From Actinomycetota bacterium (GTDB taxonomy: Bacteria > Actinomycetota > Acidimicrobiia > Acidimicrobiales > CADCTF01): a stretch of 24,000 nucleotides of DNA. Position 1 is the first letter of the stretch; every line of letters starts with the position of its first letter. The notes under the pieces are model-generated. The model was not told where the DNA came from. It did no database searches and saw only the letters and a list, made by a program, of their open reading frames with translations. The stretch is taken from contig JAXDPV010000272.1 in assembly GCA_034668185.1 (NCBI GenBank), positions 7,151 through 31,150 of the forward strand, written 5' to 3'. Positions 1-9,402 of the stretch are shown one piece after another. The position numbers and the translations under genes are program-made.

Positions 1-1384
1 CCAGGTTGGCCAGCTCGGGGTCGTCGGCGCACGGTATCGAGGCGACGACGTCGGCGGTGCGGGCCAGCGACTCGGCGCTGCGGAGCACGCCCGCGCCCTC
101 GGTCATCGCCCGCTGCAGCCGGTCGCGCCGCTTGGCCACGTCCTCCGACGACGGCCGCGGCGCCGCGGGAAGCCGGGTGATGCGGGTCGACGGGAACGTG
201 ACCTCGTCGGCCGCGTCCTTGCCCCTGGCGATGGCCTCGACGACACGCGGGGCGAACACCATGCCTTCGAGCAGCGAGTTGGAGGCGAGCCGGTTGGCGC
301 CGTGGACGCCGGTGCAGGCGACCTCGCCGCACGCCCACAGTCCTGGCAACGCGGTGGCGCCGTCGAGGTCGGTGACGATGCCGCCCGAGAGGTAGTGGGC
401 CGCGGGGGCGATCGGCAGCCAGTCCTTGGCCGGGTCGAGGCCGATGCCGCGGACCGAGGCCGCGATCGTCGGGAAGCGTTGGTCGAAGTTCTCGAGGCGG
501 GTGGCGTCGAGCCAGAGGTGGTCGACGCCCTGGGCCAGCATGGCCGCGGTCATGGCCCGGGCGACGACGTCACGCGGCTGCAGCTCGTCGACGAAACGCT
601 GGCCCCGCGAGTCGCGCAGCAACGCGCCATGGCCACGGAGCGCTTCCGACAGCAACGGCCTGGGCATGGCCGGGTGGTGCAGCGCGGTGGGGTGGAACTG
701 CATGAACTCGACGTCGGCGACATCGACCCCGGCCCGCAGGGCCATGGCCACGCCGTCGGCGGTGGCCTCGGGCGGGTTGGTGGTGACGGCGAAGAGCTGT
801 CCGGCCCCGCCGGTGGCCAGCACGGTGTGGGTGGCCCGCACCTCTTCCCGCTCGCCCGTCGGCGTCTGGGCGATCACGCCCCGGCAGCGCCCGGCTTCGA
901 CGACGAGGTCGAGGGCGAACCAGTGCTCGAGCACAGCGGCCGCGGTGGCGTGGGCGGCGTCGACCAGGGCCCGCTCGATCTCGGCTCCGGTGGCCGCGCC
1001 TCCGGCATGGACGATGCGGGCGTGGGAGTGGCCGCCCTCGCGCGCCTTCAGCAGGTGGCCCTCGTGGTCGCGGTCGAACACCGCACCGAGGGCGATGAGC
1101 TCGTTGACCCGCTGGGGGCCTTCGTCGACCAGCACCCGCACGGCCTCGGGGTCGCACAGGCCGGCGCCGGCGGCCAGGGTGTCGGCCAGGTGGAGGTCGG
1201 TCGAGTCCTCGTCGCCTCCGAGGACGGCGGCCACCCCGCCCTGGGCCCACCGCGTGGCCGACTGCACCAGCTCGCCCTTGGTCAGGACGCCGACCCGCAT
1301 CCCTGGCAGCCCAGCGGCCCGCACCGCCGCACTCAGCCCGGCCACGCCGCTGCCCAACACGAGCAGGTCGAGCTGGGCGGTCAC
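1..1384 (-). CDS. nadB: L-aspartate oxidase (NadB), C-terminus cut by window edge
   Basis: Not in the ORF track (GTG start, runs off the window). My minus-strand translation from GTG at 1384 gives VTAQLDLLVLGSGVAGLSAAV (FAD GxGxxG), SATRWAQGGVAAV, DTLAAGAGLCD, REGGHSHARIVHAGG, FMQFHPTAL, HYLSGGI and GVHGANRLASNSLLEG. It starts 15 nt after the panD stop. Confidence 0.88.
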   Translation of the reverse strand, partial: MTAQLDLLVLGSGVAGLSAAVRAAGLPGMRVGVLTKGELVQSATRWAQGGVAAVLGGDEDSTDLHLADTLAAGAGLCDPEAVRVLVDEGPQRVNELIALGAVFDRDHEGHLLKAREGGHSHARIVHAGGAATGAEIERALVDAAHATAAAVLEHWFALDLVVEAGRCRGVIAQTPTGEREEVRATHTVLATGGAGQLFAVTTNPPEATADGVAMALRAGVDVADVEFMQFHPTALHHPAMPRPLLSEALRGHGALLRDSRGQRFVDELQPRDVVARAMTAAMLAQGVDHLWLDATRLENFDQRFPTIAASVRGIGLDPAKDWLPIAPAAHYLSGGIVTDLDGATALPGLWACGEVACTGVHGANRLASNSLLEGMVFAPRVVEAIARGKDAADEVTFPSTRITRLPAAPRPSSEDVAKRRDRLQRAMTEGAGVLRSAESLARTADVVASIPCADDPELANL

Positions 1385-1399
1385 GGCACGGACGCTAAT

Positions 1400-1789
1400 T
1401 CAGGCATCCACCTGTGCCTGTAGTTGGGCCAGCTCCTCGGCGATCTGGCGGTTGGCCCGGTCGACGTGGACGATGGCCGGCTCGAACCCGTCGGCCAACT
1501 CGGCGTCGTCGTAGTCGCCGTAGCTGATGACGATGATGCGGTCGCCCGGATGGACGAGGCGGGCGGCGGCGCCGTTGAGGCACATGGCCCCCGAGCCGGC
1601 CTGGCCCGGGATCACGTAGGTCTCGAAGCGGTTGCCGTTGTCGATGTCGACGATGGCGACCTGCTCCCACTCGAGGAGGTCGGCGGCCTTCATCAGGTCG
1701 GTGTCGATGGTGATCGACCCGACGTAGTTGAGGTTGGCGTCCGTGACCGTGGCCCGGTGGATCTTGGACTTCATCATTCTGCGGCGCAT
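1400..1789 (-). CDS. panD: aspartate 1-decarboxylase proenzyme (PanD)
   Basis: [23 protein letters not shown]. The pyruvoyl self-cleavage pair falls at Gly24-Ser25 when the ATG at 1789 is used. 129 aa is the typical size. Confidence 0.95.
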   Translation of the reverse strand: MRRRMMKSKIHRATVTDANLNYVGSITIDTDLMKAADLLEWEQVAIVDIDNGNRFETYVIPGQAGSGAMCLNGAAARLVHPGDRIIVISYGDYDDAELADGFEPAIVHVDRANRQIAEELAQLQAQVDA

Positions 1790-1791
1790 GG

Positions 1792-2571
1792 TCAGTTCAG
1801 CTCCATGTTGTCGATCAGGCGGGTGGGCCCGAAGTGGGCGGCGATGAGGAGGCGGCCGTCGCGGGCGGCGGCGTAGTCGAGGACGGCGAGGGGTTCGGTG
1901 GCGACCGTCGAGGACATCACGGCCTCGGGGTCGTCGGTGCCGCGGGCCGCGAGCAGGGCCCGGTGGAGGACGGTGGCGGCGCGGCGCTGCTCGGGCGAGA
2001 GGTAGACGTTGCGGCTGCTCATGGCCAGGCCGTCGGGCTCACGGACGATCGGGCAACCGACGACGTCGACGGGGAACGACAGGTCGGCGACCATCCGGCG
2101 CACGACCTGGAGCTGCTGCCAGTCCTTTTCGCCGAAGTAGGCGCGGCACGGGCCCGAGATGTTGAACAGCTTGGCCACGACGGTGGCCACGCCGTCGAAG
2201 TGGGTGGGCCGCGACGCGCCCTCCAACCCTTCGCTCACCCGCGCCACCGAAACGGTGGTGGCCTCATCGCCCGGGTACATCCCTTCGAGCGGCGGGACGA
2301 AGAGGTGCTCGACGCCGGCGGCCTCGGCCAGCGCACGGTCGCGGTCGAGGTCGCGGGGATAGGTCGACAGGTCTTCGGTGGCGGCGAACTGCAACGGGTT
2401 GACGAAGATCGTGGCCGCGGCCACGTCGCACTCGGCCGCGGCCCGCTCCATCAAGCTCACGTGGCCGGCGTGGAGGTACCCCATCGTCGGCACCAGGCCC
2501 ACCGTCCTGCCGTCGGCCCGCGCCGCGTCGAGCGCCTTGCGGAACCCCTCGATCGTCCCGTGGACCTGCAC
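1792..2571 (-). CDS. panC: pantoate--beta-alanine ligase (PanC)
   Basis: C-terminal 260 codons of track ORF 1792..3714: [37 protein letters not shown]. No ATG is available. The GTG at 2571 (VQVHGTIEG) is preferred; GTG at 2592 is an alternative. The rest of the 640-aa ORF is an Arg/Pro-rich artefact. Confidence 0.92.
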   Translation of the reverse strand: MQVHGTIEGFRKALDAARADGRTVGLVPTMGYLHAGHVSLMERAAAECDVAAATIFVNPLQFAATEDLSTYPRDLDRDRALAEAAGVEHLFVPPLEGMYPGDEATTVSVARVSEGLEGASRPTHFDGVATVVAKLFNISGPCRAYFGEKDWQQLQVVRRMVADLSFPVDVVGCPIVREPDGLAMSSRNVYLSPEQRRAATVLHRALLAARGTDDPEAVMSSTVATEPLAVLDYAAARDGRLLIAAHFGPTRLIDNMELN

Positions 2572-2573
2572 CC

Positions 2574-3266
2574 TCAACCCGCTTTCGGCCACGTGCGCGT
2601 GCTCTGCCCTGTGGATTTGGCCGGAAGCGAGCAAGCGGCGGCGGTCAGGGCCTCGTACGTCGCCCGCTCGGACTCGGGCAGGGCGGCGAGGTGAGCTTCG
2701 ACGGTGGCCCAGTCGCCGCGGGCGACGGGGCCGGTGAGCGCGGCCGCGGGGCCGAGCGCAGCCACGTTGTCGACCGTGCCCCGCACGAGGTCGAAGAAGG
2801 CGTCGAGAGGCACGCCGGCCGAAGCCGCGACCCGCTCGACCGCGCCCAACAGGGCGACCACGTGGTTCGAGGCCATGACTGCGGCTGCGTGATAGGTGGC
2901 CCGGGCCGAGTCGTCGACCTCGACCACCCGGCCGTCGAGCGCGGCCACGACCGAACGCACGACCGGGTCGCCGGCCACCGCCCACCACGCGCCGGTCAGG
3001 TCGGTCGATGTCGTCGGGATGCTGCGCAGCGGGTGCATCGACGCCCGACGCGGATGGGGCGCCAGGACGTCGAGCCCGAGCGAGCCCGCCATGTGGGCGA
3101 CCACAACGTCGTCTCGGGGCTCGATGGAGGCGGCCACCTCGGCGATGGCGGAATCGGGCACCGCGAGCACGACCAGTTCCACCGACGGAGCGAACCCGGC
3201 CTTCTCCAAGGCATGGGCCACGGACTGGCCGGCGCGACCCCGGCCGATGACTTGTGCGGCAGGCAC
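2574..3266 (-). CDS. Rossmann-like DUF2520-type oxidoreductase-like protein (the family usually found next to panC in actinobacteria)
   Basis: VIGRGRAGQSVAHALEKAG dinucleotide-fold start, LVVLAVPDSAIAEVA, then a C-terminal helical part (ALTGPVARGD). GTG start at 3266 with GAAGGA 8 nt upstream. The N-terminal domain looks shorter than I would expect for the family. Confidence 0.65.
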   Translation of the reverse strand: MPAAQVIGRGRAGQSVAHALEKAGFAPSVELVVLAVPDSAIAEVAASIEPRDDVVVAHMAGSLGLDVLAPHPRRASMHPLRSIPTTSTDLTGAWWAVAGDPVVRSVVAALDGRVVEVDDSARATYHAAAVMASNHVVALLGAVERVAASAGVPLDAFFDLVRGTVDNVAALGPAAALTGPVARGDWATVEAHLAALPESERATYEALTAAACSLPAKSTGQSTRTWPKAG

Positions 3267-3322
3267 AGATCGGTTCCTTCAAGACGTTCCAGCCCCCGTC
3301 GCCGGGGTGCCGTTCGTACGAG

Positions 3323-3775
3323 CTACAGCGTACCTGCGGGCCGCACCCCTCTGCCAAGCCGGTCGAGGTCCTCGGGCACGAGCTCGGGCGCCAGGTCACG
3401 CAAGGGTTCGAGCACGAACCGCCGCTCCCGCATCCGGGGGTGGGGGATGACGAGGTCGGGGTCGTCCAACACCAGGCCGTCGACCAGCAGGATGTCGACG
3501 TCCAAGGTCCGGGGACCCCACCGCTCGTTCCTGGCCCGATCGGCGGCCGACTCCAGCCGGTGGCAGATGCCGAGGAGCTGGCGGGCAGGCAGGTTCGTGG
3601 ACAGCTCGACCACGCAGTTGAGGTACGGGCCCTGGCCGCCGGGCCCGCCCACGGGGTCGGTCTCGTACACCGGCGACACCGCCACGACGTCGGGCAGCGA
3701 GGCCACCGCCTCACGAAGGTGGTGCCACCGGTCGCCGAGGTTCGACCCGAGCCCGAGGAAGACGCGGCGGATCAT
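3323..3775 (-). CDS. folK: 2-amino-4-hydroxy-6-hydroxymethyldihydropteridine pyrophosphokinase (FolK)
   Basis: FLGLGSNLGDR, RWGPRTLDVDILL, IPHPRMRERRFVLEPL. ATGA start/stop overlap with folB. Confidence 0.93.
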   Translation of the reverse strand: MIRRVFLGLGSNLGDRWHHLREAVASLPDVVAVSPVYETDPVGGPGGQGPYLNCVVELSTNLPARQLLGICHRLESAADRARNERWGPRTLDVDILLVDGLVLDDPDLVIPHPRMRERRFVLEPLRDLAPELVPEDLDRLGRGVRPAGTL

Positions 3776-4131
3776 CGCGACCGACGCACCCGCACCCCGG
3801 CGAAGGCCAGGTCGACGGGCACCGGCGGGCGCAGCTTGCGCACGGTCACGGTCACCGACGCGACCCGGGCATCCGAAGCCAGCACGGCCGAGGCGATGCG
3901 CGAGGCCAACGCTTCCAACAACGAGAAATGCTCAGAGCCCACGATCGACGCCACCAACGCGACCACCGCCCCGTAGTCGACGGTGTCGTCGAGCGAGTCG
4001 GAATCGCCGGCCGGCGACAGGTCGGCCGCGAGGTCGACGTCGACCTCGAAAGGCTGGGCCCGCACCTGCTCCTCGGCCAACACCCCGTGGGTGCCGGTGA
4101 CCCGCAGGCCGCGGAGTTGGATCTCGTCCAC
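3772..4131 (-). CDS. folB: dihydroneopterin aldolase (FolB)
   Basis: 119 aa. IQLRGLRVTGTHGVLAEEQVRAQPFEVDVDL and VDYGAV are typical FolB features. Confidence 0.9.
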   Translation of the reverse strand: MDEIQLRGLRVTGTHGVLAEEQVRAQPFEVDVDLAADLSPAGDSDSLDDTVDYGAVVALVASIVGSEHFSLLEALASRIASAVLASDARVASVTVTVRKLRPPVPVDLAFAGVRVRRSR

Positions 4132-4138
4132 GACCGGC

Positions 4139-4642
4139 CTACAGCGCCGTGGCCAGCGCCACCAGCTCGCGGCCGGGCGGCCCCATCTGGCGGTGGAGGA
4201 TCTGCTCGACCACGGTCACCGCGTGGGGCCCGGTGTCCATGAGCCCGGTGGCCACCAGGTACCCGGCGACCACCCCCATGACCCGGTCGCCCAGCTCCTC
4301 CTGGTGGAGCAGCAGGCGCTCGCCCGCGCCCATCCAGTTGTGCAGCGCGGAATAGAGCTCGGCCAGCGTGGAGCGGCTGTCGGTGGCGCCGTTGCCCCCG
4401 CCCATCGGGAAGTGCGACCACGTCACCCCGAGCTCCTCGTACGCGTGGAGGTTGTGCTGCGACGGCAGCAGCGACACCACCCGGTTGAAGCCCTGGTTGC
4501 GGAGCCAGAGGATCTCCTCGTGGCGGCGCACCTTGCGGTGGTTGCGGGCGTAGCCGCCCGGCCGCTCGCTCACCGCAAGCTGGTCGCGGATGATCCAGGC
4601 GAAGTTGCGGGGCTCGATCCCCCGCTCCCACTTGCCCCTCAC
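4139..4642 (-). CDS. dual-specificity/PTP-like phosphatase-fold protein lacking the catalytic Cys (H-Q-x5-R instead of H-C-x5-R)
   Basis: NFAWI..L.VSERP, RVVSLL and YEELGVTWSHFPM, then LLLHQEELGDRVMGVVAGYLV at the P-loop position (4283..4306 = CAC CAG GAG GAG CTG GGC GAC CGG). There is no Cys anywhere in the 167 aa. The GTG start overlaps the folP TGA (GTGA). Confidence 0.6.
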   Translation of the reverse strand: MRGKWERGIEPRNFAWIIRDQLAVSERPGGYARNHRKVRRHEEILWLRNQGFNRVVSLLPSQHNLHAYEELGVTWSHFPMGGGNGATDSRSTLAELYSALHNWMGAGERLLLHQEELGDRVMGVVAGYLVATGLMDTGPHAVTVVEQILHRQMGPPGRELVALATAL

Positions 4643-5424
4643 GACGCCACCGGCTCGGCCACGATCCGGGCCGCCTGCACGGTGGCGGCCACGTCGTGGA
4701 CCCGCACCATCGCCACTCCGGCCGCCATGGCGACGACGGCCGTGGCCACGCTGCCTTCAAGGACGTCGTCGGGCCCGGCCGAGCCGACCAGCCTCTGCAG
4801 GAACCCTTTGCGGGACGTGCCCACCAGCACCGGGTGCCCGGTCTCGACGAGCACGCCGAGGTGGCGCAAGAGCGAGAGGTTGTGGGCCGCGGTCTTGCCG
4901 AACCCGATGCCCGGGTCGATCCAGACCTCCTCGACCCCGGCCTCGCGAGCCGCGGCCGCCCGGTCGACCAGGAACGAACACACCTCGCCGACCACGTCGT
5001 CGTACTGCGGATCGTCCTGCATCGTCGGTGGTGTCCCTCGCATGTGCATGGCGGCGTAACCGACCCCGGCGCCTGCCGAAGCCGCGACCCGCCACACGTC
5101 GGCCGAGGCCGACACGTCGTTGACCAGGGTCGCGCCGGCGTCGATGGCGGCCTCGGCCACGCCTGGGTGGCGGGTGTCGATCGAGACCCGGCCCCGGCCG
5201 GCGGCGGCCAGGGCGGACACGACCGGCAGCACCCGGCGGCGTTCCTCGTCCTCGGAAACCGGCACCGCGCCCGGCCTGGTCGACTCGCCCCCGACGTCCA
5301 CGACGTGGGCCCCTTCGTCGAACAACGAGAGGCCGTGGGCGACCGCCAACTCGGGATCGAGCCAGCGGCCACCGTCGGAGAAGGAGTCGGGCGTGACGTT
5401 GACCACGCCCATGACGAGAGCCAT
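4639..5424 (-). CDS. folP: dihydropteroate synthase (FolP)
   Basis: MALVMGVVNVTPDSFSDGG, DVGGESTRPGA, VNDVS, DPGIGFGKT. The start is set at ATG 5424, 13 nt after the folE TAA. The track start at 5484 would overlap folE and add an atypical leader. Confidence 0.92.
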   Translation of the reverse strand: MALVMGVVNVTPDSFSDGGRWLDPELAVAHGLSLFDEGAHVVDVGGESTRPGAVPVSEDEERRRVLPVVSALAAAGRGRVSIDTRHPGVAEAAIDAGATLVNDVSASADVWRVAASAGAGVGYAAMHMRGTPPTMQDDPQYDDVVGEVCSFLVDRAAAAREAGVEEVWIDPGIGFGKTAAHNLSLLRHLGVLVETGHPVLVGTSRKGFLQRLVGSAGPDDVLEGSVATAVVAMAAGVAMVRVHDVAATVQAARIVAEPVAS

Positions 5425-5437
5425 GAGGTCGCTCAGG

Positions 5438-6007
5438 TTAACGCCCGTGGATGAAGGCCATGGCCTCCGCACGGGTACGGGCATCGTCCCTGAACAGACC
5501 CCTGACGGCCGAAGTGACCGTTATCGACCCGGGCAGGCGCACTCCCCGCATCGACATGCAGAGGTGCTCGGCCTCCAGGACCACCAGCACCCCACGGGGT
5601 TCGAGCTGGCGCACCAGGGCGTCGGCGATCTGGGAGGTCATGCGCTCCTGGACCTGCAGGCGGCGGGCGTAGCCGATGACCAGCCGGCCCAGCTTGGACA
5701 GCCCGGTGATGCGGCCGTCCTCGTTCGGGATGTAGGCCACGTGGGCCTTGCCGAGGAAGGGCACCAGGTGGTGCTCGCACAGGCTGGAGAAGGGCATGTC
5801 CTTCACCAGGACCATCTCGTCGTGGTCTTCCTCGAAGGTGACCTTGAGGACCTCGCCCGGGTCGATGTCGGTGCCGGACATGACCTCCTCGAACATGGCC
5901 GCCACCCGGGTAGGCGTGCGCACGAGCCCATCCCGACCGGCGTCCTCGCCGATGGCTTCGAGGATCTCCCGCACGGCGCGCTCGACGCGCGGCTTGTCGA
6001 CTGCCAT
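5438..6007 (-). CDS. folE: GTP cyclohydrolase I (FolE)
   Basis: [39 protein letters not shown] at 6007 (MAVDKPRVE), 7 nt after the ftsH stop. The upstream part of the track ORF is artefactual. Confidence 0.95.
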   Translation of the reverse strand: MAVDKPRVERAVREILEAIGEDAGRDGLVRTPTRVAAMFEEVMSGTDIDPGEVLKVTFEEDHDEMVLVKDMPFSSLCEHHLVPFLGKAHVAYIPNEDGRITGLSKLGRLVIGYARRLQVQERMTSQIADALVRQLEPRGVLVVLEAEHLCMSMRGVRLPGSITVTSAVRGLFRDDARTRAEAMAFIHGR

Positions 6008-6014
6008 CCCGACC

Positions 6015-7946
6015 TCAGCCCTTGGGGGTGCGGGCTCGGCGGGCCCGGGGCGCGGCCGCGGCCGCCGTCCCGTTGGCCCGGCCGTTGACCTTGCCGTTGG
6101 GCGCGGCCGGCGGGAACTTGGCGTGGCGGCCCGGCCAGGGCGCGAGGTGGCCCATGATGGCCGCCAGCTCGGGCGTGTCGAGGGTCTCCTTCTCGACGAG
6201 GGAATCGGCCAGCCGGTCGAGCACGTCACGGTGACGCAGCAGGATGGCGGCCGCCTCCTGGTGGGCCTCGTCGATCAACGACCGGACCTCGGAGTCGATG
6301 CGGGCCGCGACCTCGTCGGAGTAGTTCGGCTGGTGGCCGTAGTCGCGTCCGAGGAAGACCTCGCCCTGCTTCTGGCCGAGTTGCTGCGGCCCGAGGATAT
6401 CGCTCATGCCGTACTCCGTGACCATGGCCCTGGCGATCTGGGACGCCTTCTCGATGTCGTTCTGCGCGCCCGTCGTCGGGTCTTCGTAGATCAGCTCCTC
6501 GGCCGTGCGCCCGCCCATAAGCATGGCCAGCTCGTCGCGGAGCTCGGACCTGGTGACGAGGTACTTGTCCTCCAGCGGCAGGGCCAGCGTCCAGCCGAGG
6601 GCCCGGCCCCGGGCGACGATCGAGACCTTGTGGATCGGGTCGGCGTTGGGCAGCACGTGACCGACCAGCGCGTGGCCGCCCTCGTGGTAGGCGATGACCC
6701 GCTTCTCCCGGTCGGACATCACCCGGGTCTTGCGTTCGGGGCCGCCGATCACCCGGTCGATGGCCTCCTCCATGTGGAACATCGTGATCTTCTCCTGGCC
6801 TTGCCGGGCGGCGAGGAGGGCGGCCTCGTTCAGCATGTTGGCCAGGTCGGCGCCGGTGAATCCTGGGGTGCGGCGGGCGAGCACGTCGAGCTTGACGTCG
6901 TCGCCCATCGGCTTGTTCTTGGCGTGGACCTCGAGGATCTTCTTGCGGCCTTCGAGGTCGGGGCGGTCGACGACGATCTGGCGGTCGAAGCGGCCCGGGC
7001 GCAGCAGCGCGGGGTCGAGGATGTCGGGCCGGTTGGTGGCCGCGATCAGGATGACGCCCGTCTTCACGTCGAAGCCGTCCATCTCCACGAGGAGCTGGTT
7101 CAGCGTCTGCTCGCGTTCGTCGTGGCCACCGCCGAGGCCGGCGCCGCGATGGCGACCCACGGCGTCGATCTCGTCCATGAAGATGATCGCCGGCGCGCTG
7201 GTCTTGGCCTGCTCGAAGAGGTCGCGCACCCGGCTGGCGCCGACGCCCACGAACATCTCGACGAAGTCGGAGCCCGAGATGGAGAAGAAGGGAACGCCGG
7301 CCTCACCGGCCACGGCCCGGGCCAGCAGCGTCTTGCCGGTTCCGGGCGGCCCGTAGAGCAGCACGCCCTTCGGGATCTTCGCGCCCATGGCCTGGAACTT
7401 GGCCGGGGCCTCGAGGAACTCCTTGATCTCGTGGAGCTCGGCCACAGCCTCGTCCGCGCCGGCCACGTCGGCGAAGGTGACCTGGGGCTGGTCCTTGCTG
7501 ACCTGCTTGGTCTTGGCCTTGCCGAACTGCATGACCCGGTTCCCGCCGCCCTGCATCTGATTGAGGATGAAGAGGAACAGGCCGACGATGAGCACGATCG
7601 GCAGCAGTTGGAACAGCACCGACAGCCACACGTTGTCCTTCTGCGGCTTGGCGTCGACGTTGCTGGTGGCGGCCAGCGATTTGTCGGTGATCTTCTCGGT
7701 GTACGACTTCGGGAACTCGACGGTGAACTTGGTGCCGTCCTTGAGCGTGCCCTTGGCCGTGCCGCCGTTGCCCGACTCGGTGATCTCGACCTTGTCGACC
7801 CGCTTGGCTTCGAGGGCCCGGTCGTACTGGGCCAGCGTCATGGGCTTGCGGGTTTCCTTGCCGCCCCAGAGGCTGTTGAGGCCCACCAGGGCGACCAGTC
7901 CGATGACGACGAACAGCACGACCCGGCTGCCGGGGGGCTTCTTCAC
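6015..7946 (-). CDS. ftsH: ATP-dependent zinc metalloprotease FtsH
   Basis: Two N-terminal TM segments, Walker [19 protein letters not shown], Walker [32 protein letters not shown], and zinc site HEGGHAL. GTG start. Confidence 0.97.
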   Translation of the reverse strand: MKKPPGSRVVLFVVIGLVALVGLNSLWGGKETRKPMTLAQYDRALEAKRVDKVEITESGNGGTAKGTLKDGTKFTVEFPKSYTEKITDKSLAATSNVDAKPQKDNVWLSVLFQLLPIVLIVGLFLFILNQMQGGGNRVMQFGKAKTKQVSKDQPQVTFADVAGADEAVAELHEIKEFLEAPAKFQAMGAKIPKGVLLYGPPGTGKTLLARAVAGEAGVPFFSISGSDFVEMFVGVGASRVRDLFEQAKTSAPAIIFMDEIDAVGRHRGAGLGGGHDEREQTLNQLLVEMDGFDVKTGVILIAATNRPDILDPALLRPGRFDRQIVVDRPDLEGRKKILEVHAKNKPMGDDVKLDVLARRTPGFTGADLANMLNEAALLAARQGQEKITMFHMEEAIDRVIGGPERKTRVMSDREKRVIAYHEGGHALVGHVLPNADPIHKVSIVARGRALGWTLALPLEDKYLVTRSELRDELAMLMGGRTAEELIYEDPTTGAQNDIEKASQIARAMVTEYGMSDILGPQQLGQKQGEVFLGRDYGHQPNYSDEVAARIDSEVRSLIDEAHQEAAAILLRHRDVLDRLADSLVEKETLDTPELAAIMGHLAPWPGRHAKFPPAAPNGKVNGRANGTAAAAAPRARRARTPKG

Positions 7947-7983
7947 GATCCGTCCAGCGTAGCGACCCGGGCTGGCTACCCGT

Positions 7984-8529
7984 TCAGGCCGAGGGGCCCA
8001 GGTAGACCCGGACGTCGGGCAGGTTGCGGTAGCGCTCGGCCACGTCGAGGCCGTAGCCGAGGACGAAGGCGGGCGGGATCACGAAGCCCACGTACTTGAG
8101 GTCGAGCTCGTCCTTCTGGCGGCCGTCCCTGACGAGGAGGGCGCACACGTCGAGGCTGGCCGGGCCCCGGGCGGCCAGGTTCCTTCTCAGGTAGTTGAGG
8201 GTCAGCCCGGAGTCGATGATGTCCTCGACCACGATCACGTGGCGGCCACTGAGGTCGAGGTCGAGATCCTTGACGATGCGGACGACGCCGCTCGTCCGGG
8301 TGGCGCTGCCGTACGACGAGACGGCCATGAAGTCGAACTCGACGGGGAGGTCGATCTCCCTGGCCAGATCGCTCATGAAGACGAAGGCGCCCTTGAGCAC
8401 GCCGACGAGCAGCGGCGGCCGGCCGTGGTAGTCGGCGGTGATCTCGGCACCGAGCTCGGCGATGCGGCGGCGCAGGTCCTCGGCGGAGACGACCACCTCG
8501 CCGAGGTTGGGATCATCGCTGGCCGGCAT
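7984..8529 (-). CDS. hpt: hypoxanthine phosphoribosyltransferase
   Basis: PRPP-binding loop VIVVEDIIDSGLTL, GYGLD, 181 aa. Confidence 0.95.
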   Translation of the reverse strand: MPASDDPNLGEVVVSAEDLRRRIAELGAEITADYHGRPPLLVGVLKGAFVFMSDLAREIDLPVEFDFMAVSSYGSATRTSGVVRIVKDLDLDLSGRHVIVVEDIIDSGLTLNYLRRNLAARGPASLDVCALLVRDGRQKDELDLKYVGFVIPPAFVLGYGLDVAERYRNLPDVRVYLGPSA

Positions 8530-8541
8530 CGCGCACGGACC

Positions 8542-9402
8542 CTAGGCGTTGACGCGGCGCAACCGCATCTGCGACCGCTCGACCCGTCCGCCCCCGGCCA
8601 GCTCGCACGCCCTGGCCTCGCCCCTGGCCACGGCCAGGACCCGTTCGACGGTGGCGGCGTCCGGCGGGTGCTCGGTCGTGAGCCACCGCCTGACGGCCCG
8701 GCGGGCCAGGGCGGGGGGCGCGTGGTTCAGGGCCTTGGCGTCGGTCGGGTCGATGGTGGTGGCGAGCTCGTCGAGGAGGTCGGCGTCGTCCCTCAGGAGT
8801 CGGGCCTGTCTTGCCACGACGGCGACGACGTCCCGCTCGCCGATGGCGTCGAGGAGCGGCACGAGCTCGGCCCGCACGCGGTTGCGGCGGTGGTGCAGGT
8901 CGTCGTTGGTCGGGTCGGCGAAGGGCGTGAGCCCGACCTCGGCGCAGAGCTTGTGGGTCTCGTGCCTTCTCAGGGCGAGCAACGGTTTCGTCGGTCCCGG
9001 GCGGATGCCGGCCAGGCCGTCGGTGCCCGCTCCCCTGATGAGGTTGAGGAGCACGGTCTCGGCCGAGTCGTCGGCGGTATGGCCGGTGAGGGTTCCGTGC
9101 GGCAGCGCGGCCCTTCTGGCGTCGCGCCACCGCTCCTCCTGGTTGGGCCCGGCCTCGATGTGGACGTTGCGGGCCTCGAAGCCCGCACCCCATCGGCCCG
9201 CCACCTCGGCCACGAATGCGGCTTCGCCGTTGCCGGGCCGTCCGCCGTGGTCGACGTGGACGGCGGTCACCTTGCAGTCGGCTTGGACGGCCAGGACGAG
9301 GAGGGCGAGCGAGTCGGCCCCTCCCGAGACCCCGCAGTGCACGTGGGTTCCGGCCGGCGGGAACGCACACCGGCCGAGGAGCTCAGATGACGGGGATGCC
9401 AC
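8542..9402 (-). CDS. tilS: tRNA(Ile)-lysidine synthetase (TilS), short form
   Basis: PP-loop GVSGGADSLAL at residues 24-34, HVDHG, TADD..ET.L. The GTG start at 9402 overlaps the upstream response-regulator gene by 20 nt. Confidence 0.88.
   Translation of the reverse strand: MASPSSELLGRCAFPPAGTHVHCGVSGGADSLALLVLAVQADCKVTAVHVDHGGRPGNGEAAFVAEVAGRWGAGFEARNVHIEAGPNQEERWRDARRAALPHGTLTGHTADDSAETVLLNLIRGAGTDGLAGIRPGPTKPLLALRRHETHKLCAEVGLTPFADPTNDDLHHRRNRVRAELVPLLDAIGERDVVAVVARQARLLRDDADLLDELATTIDPTDAKALNHAPPALARRAVRRWLTTEHPPDAATVERVLAVARGEARACELAGGGRVERSQMRLRRVNA

Noticed and set aside
302-1514. Plus-strand ORFs 302..1423 and 426..1514, and minus-strand ORF 570..1250
   Set aside because: They are antisense or off-frame to the nadB reading frame, which carries FAD-binding and NadB signature motifs.
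2572-3714. N-terminal extension of the 640-aa ORF that contains panC
   Set aside because: The translation is Arg/Pro/Gly junk overlapping the DUF2520 and folK genes in another frame. PanC motifs begin only about 260 codons before the stop.
3852-5372. 506-aa minus-strand ORF across folB, the phosphatase-like gene and folP
   Set aside because: It is off-frame relative to three motif-supported genes, and its composition is Arg/Pro/Trp-rich.
5748-8099. 783-aa plus-strand ORF antisense to ftsH and folE
   Set aside because: It has no recognisable motifs and a biased composition, and the opposite strand encodes unmistakable FtsH with all catalytic signatures.
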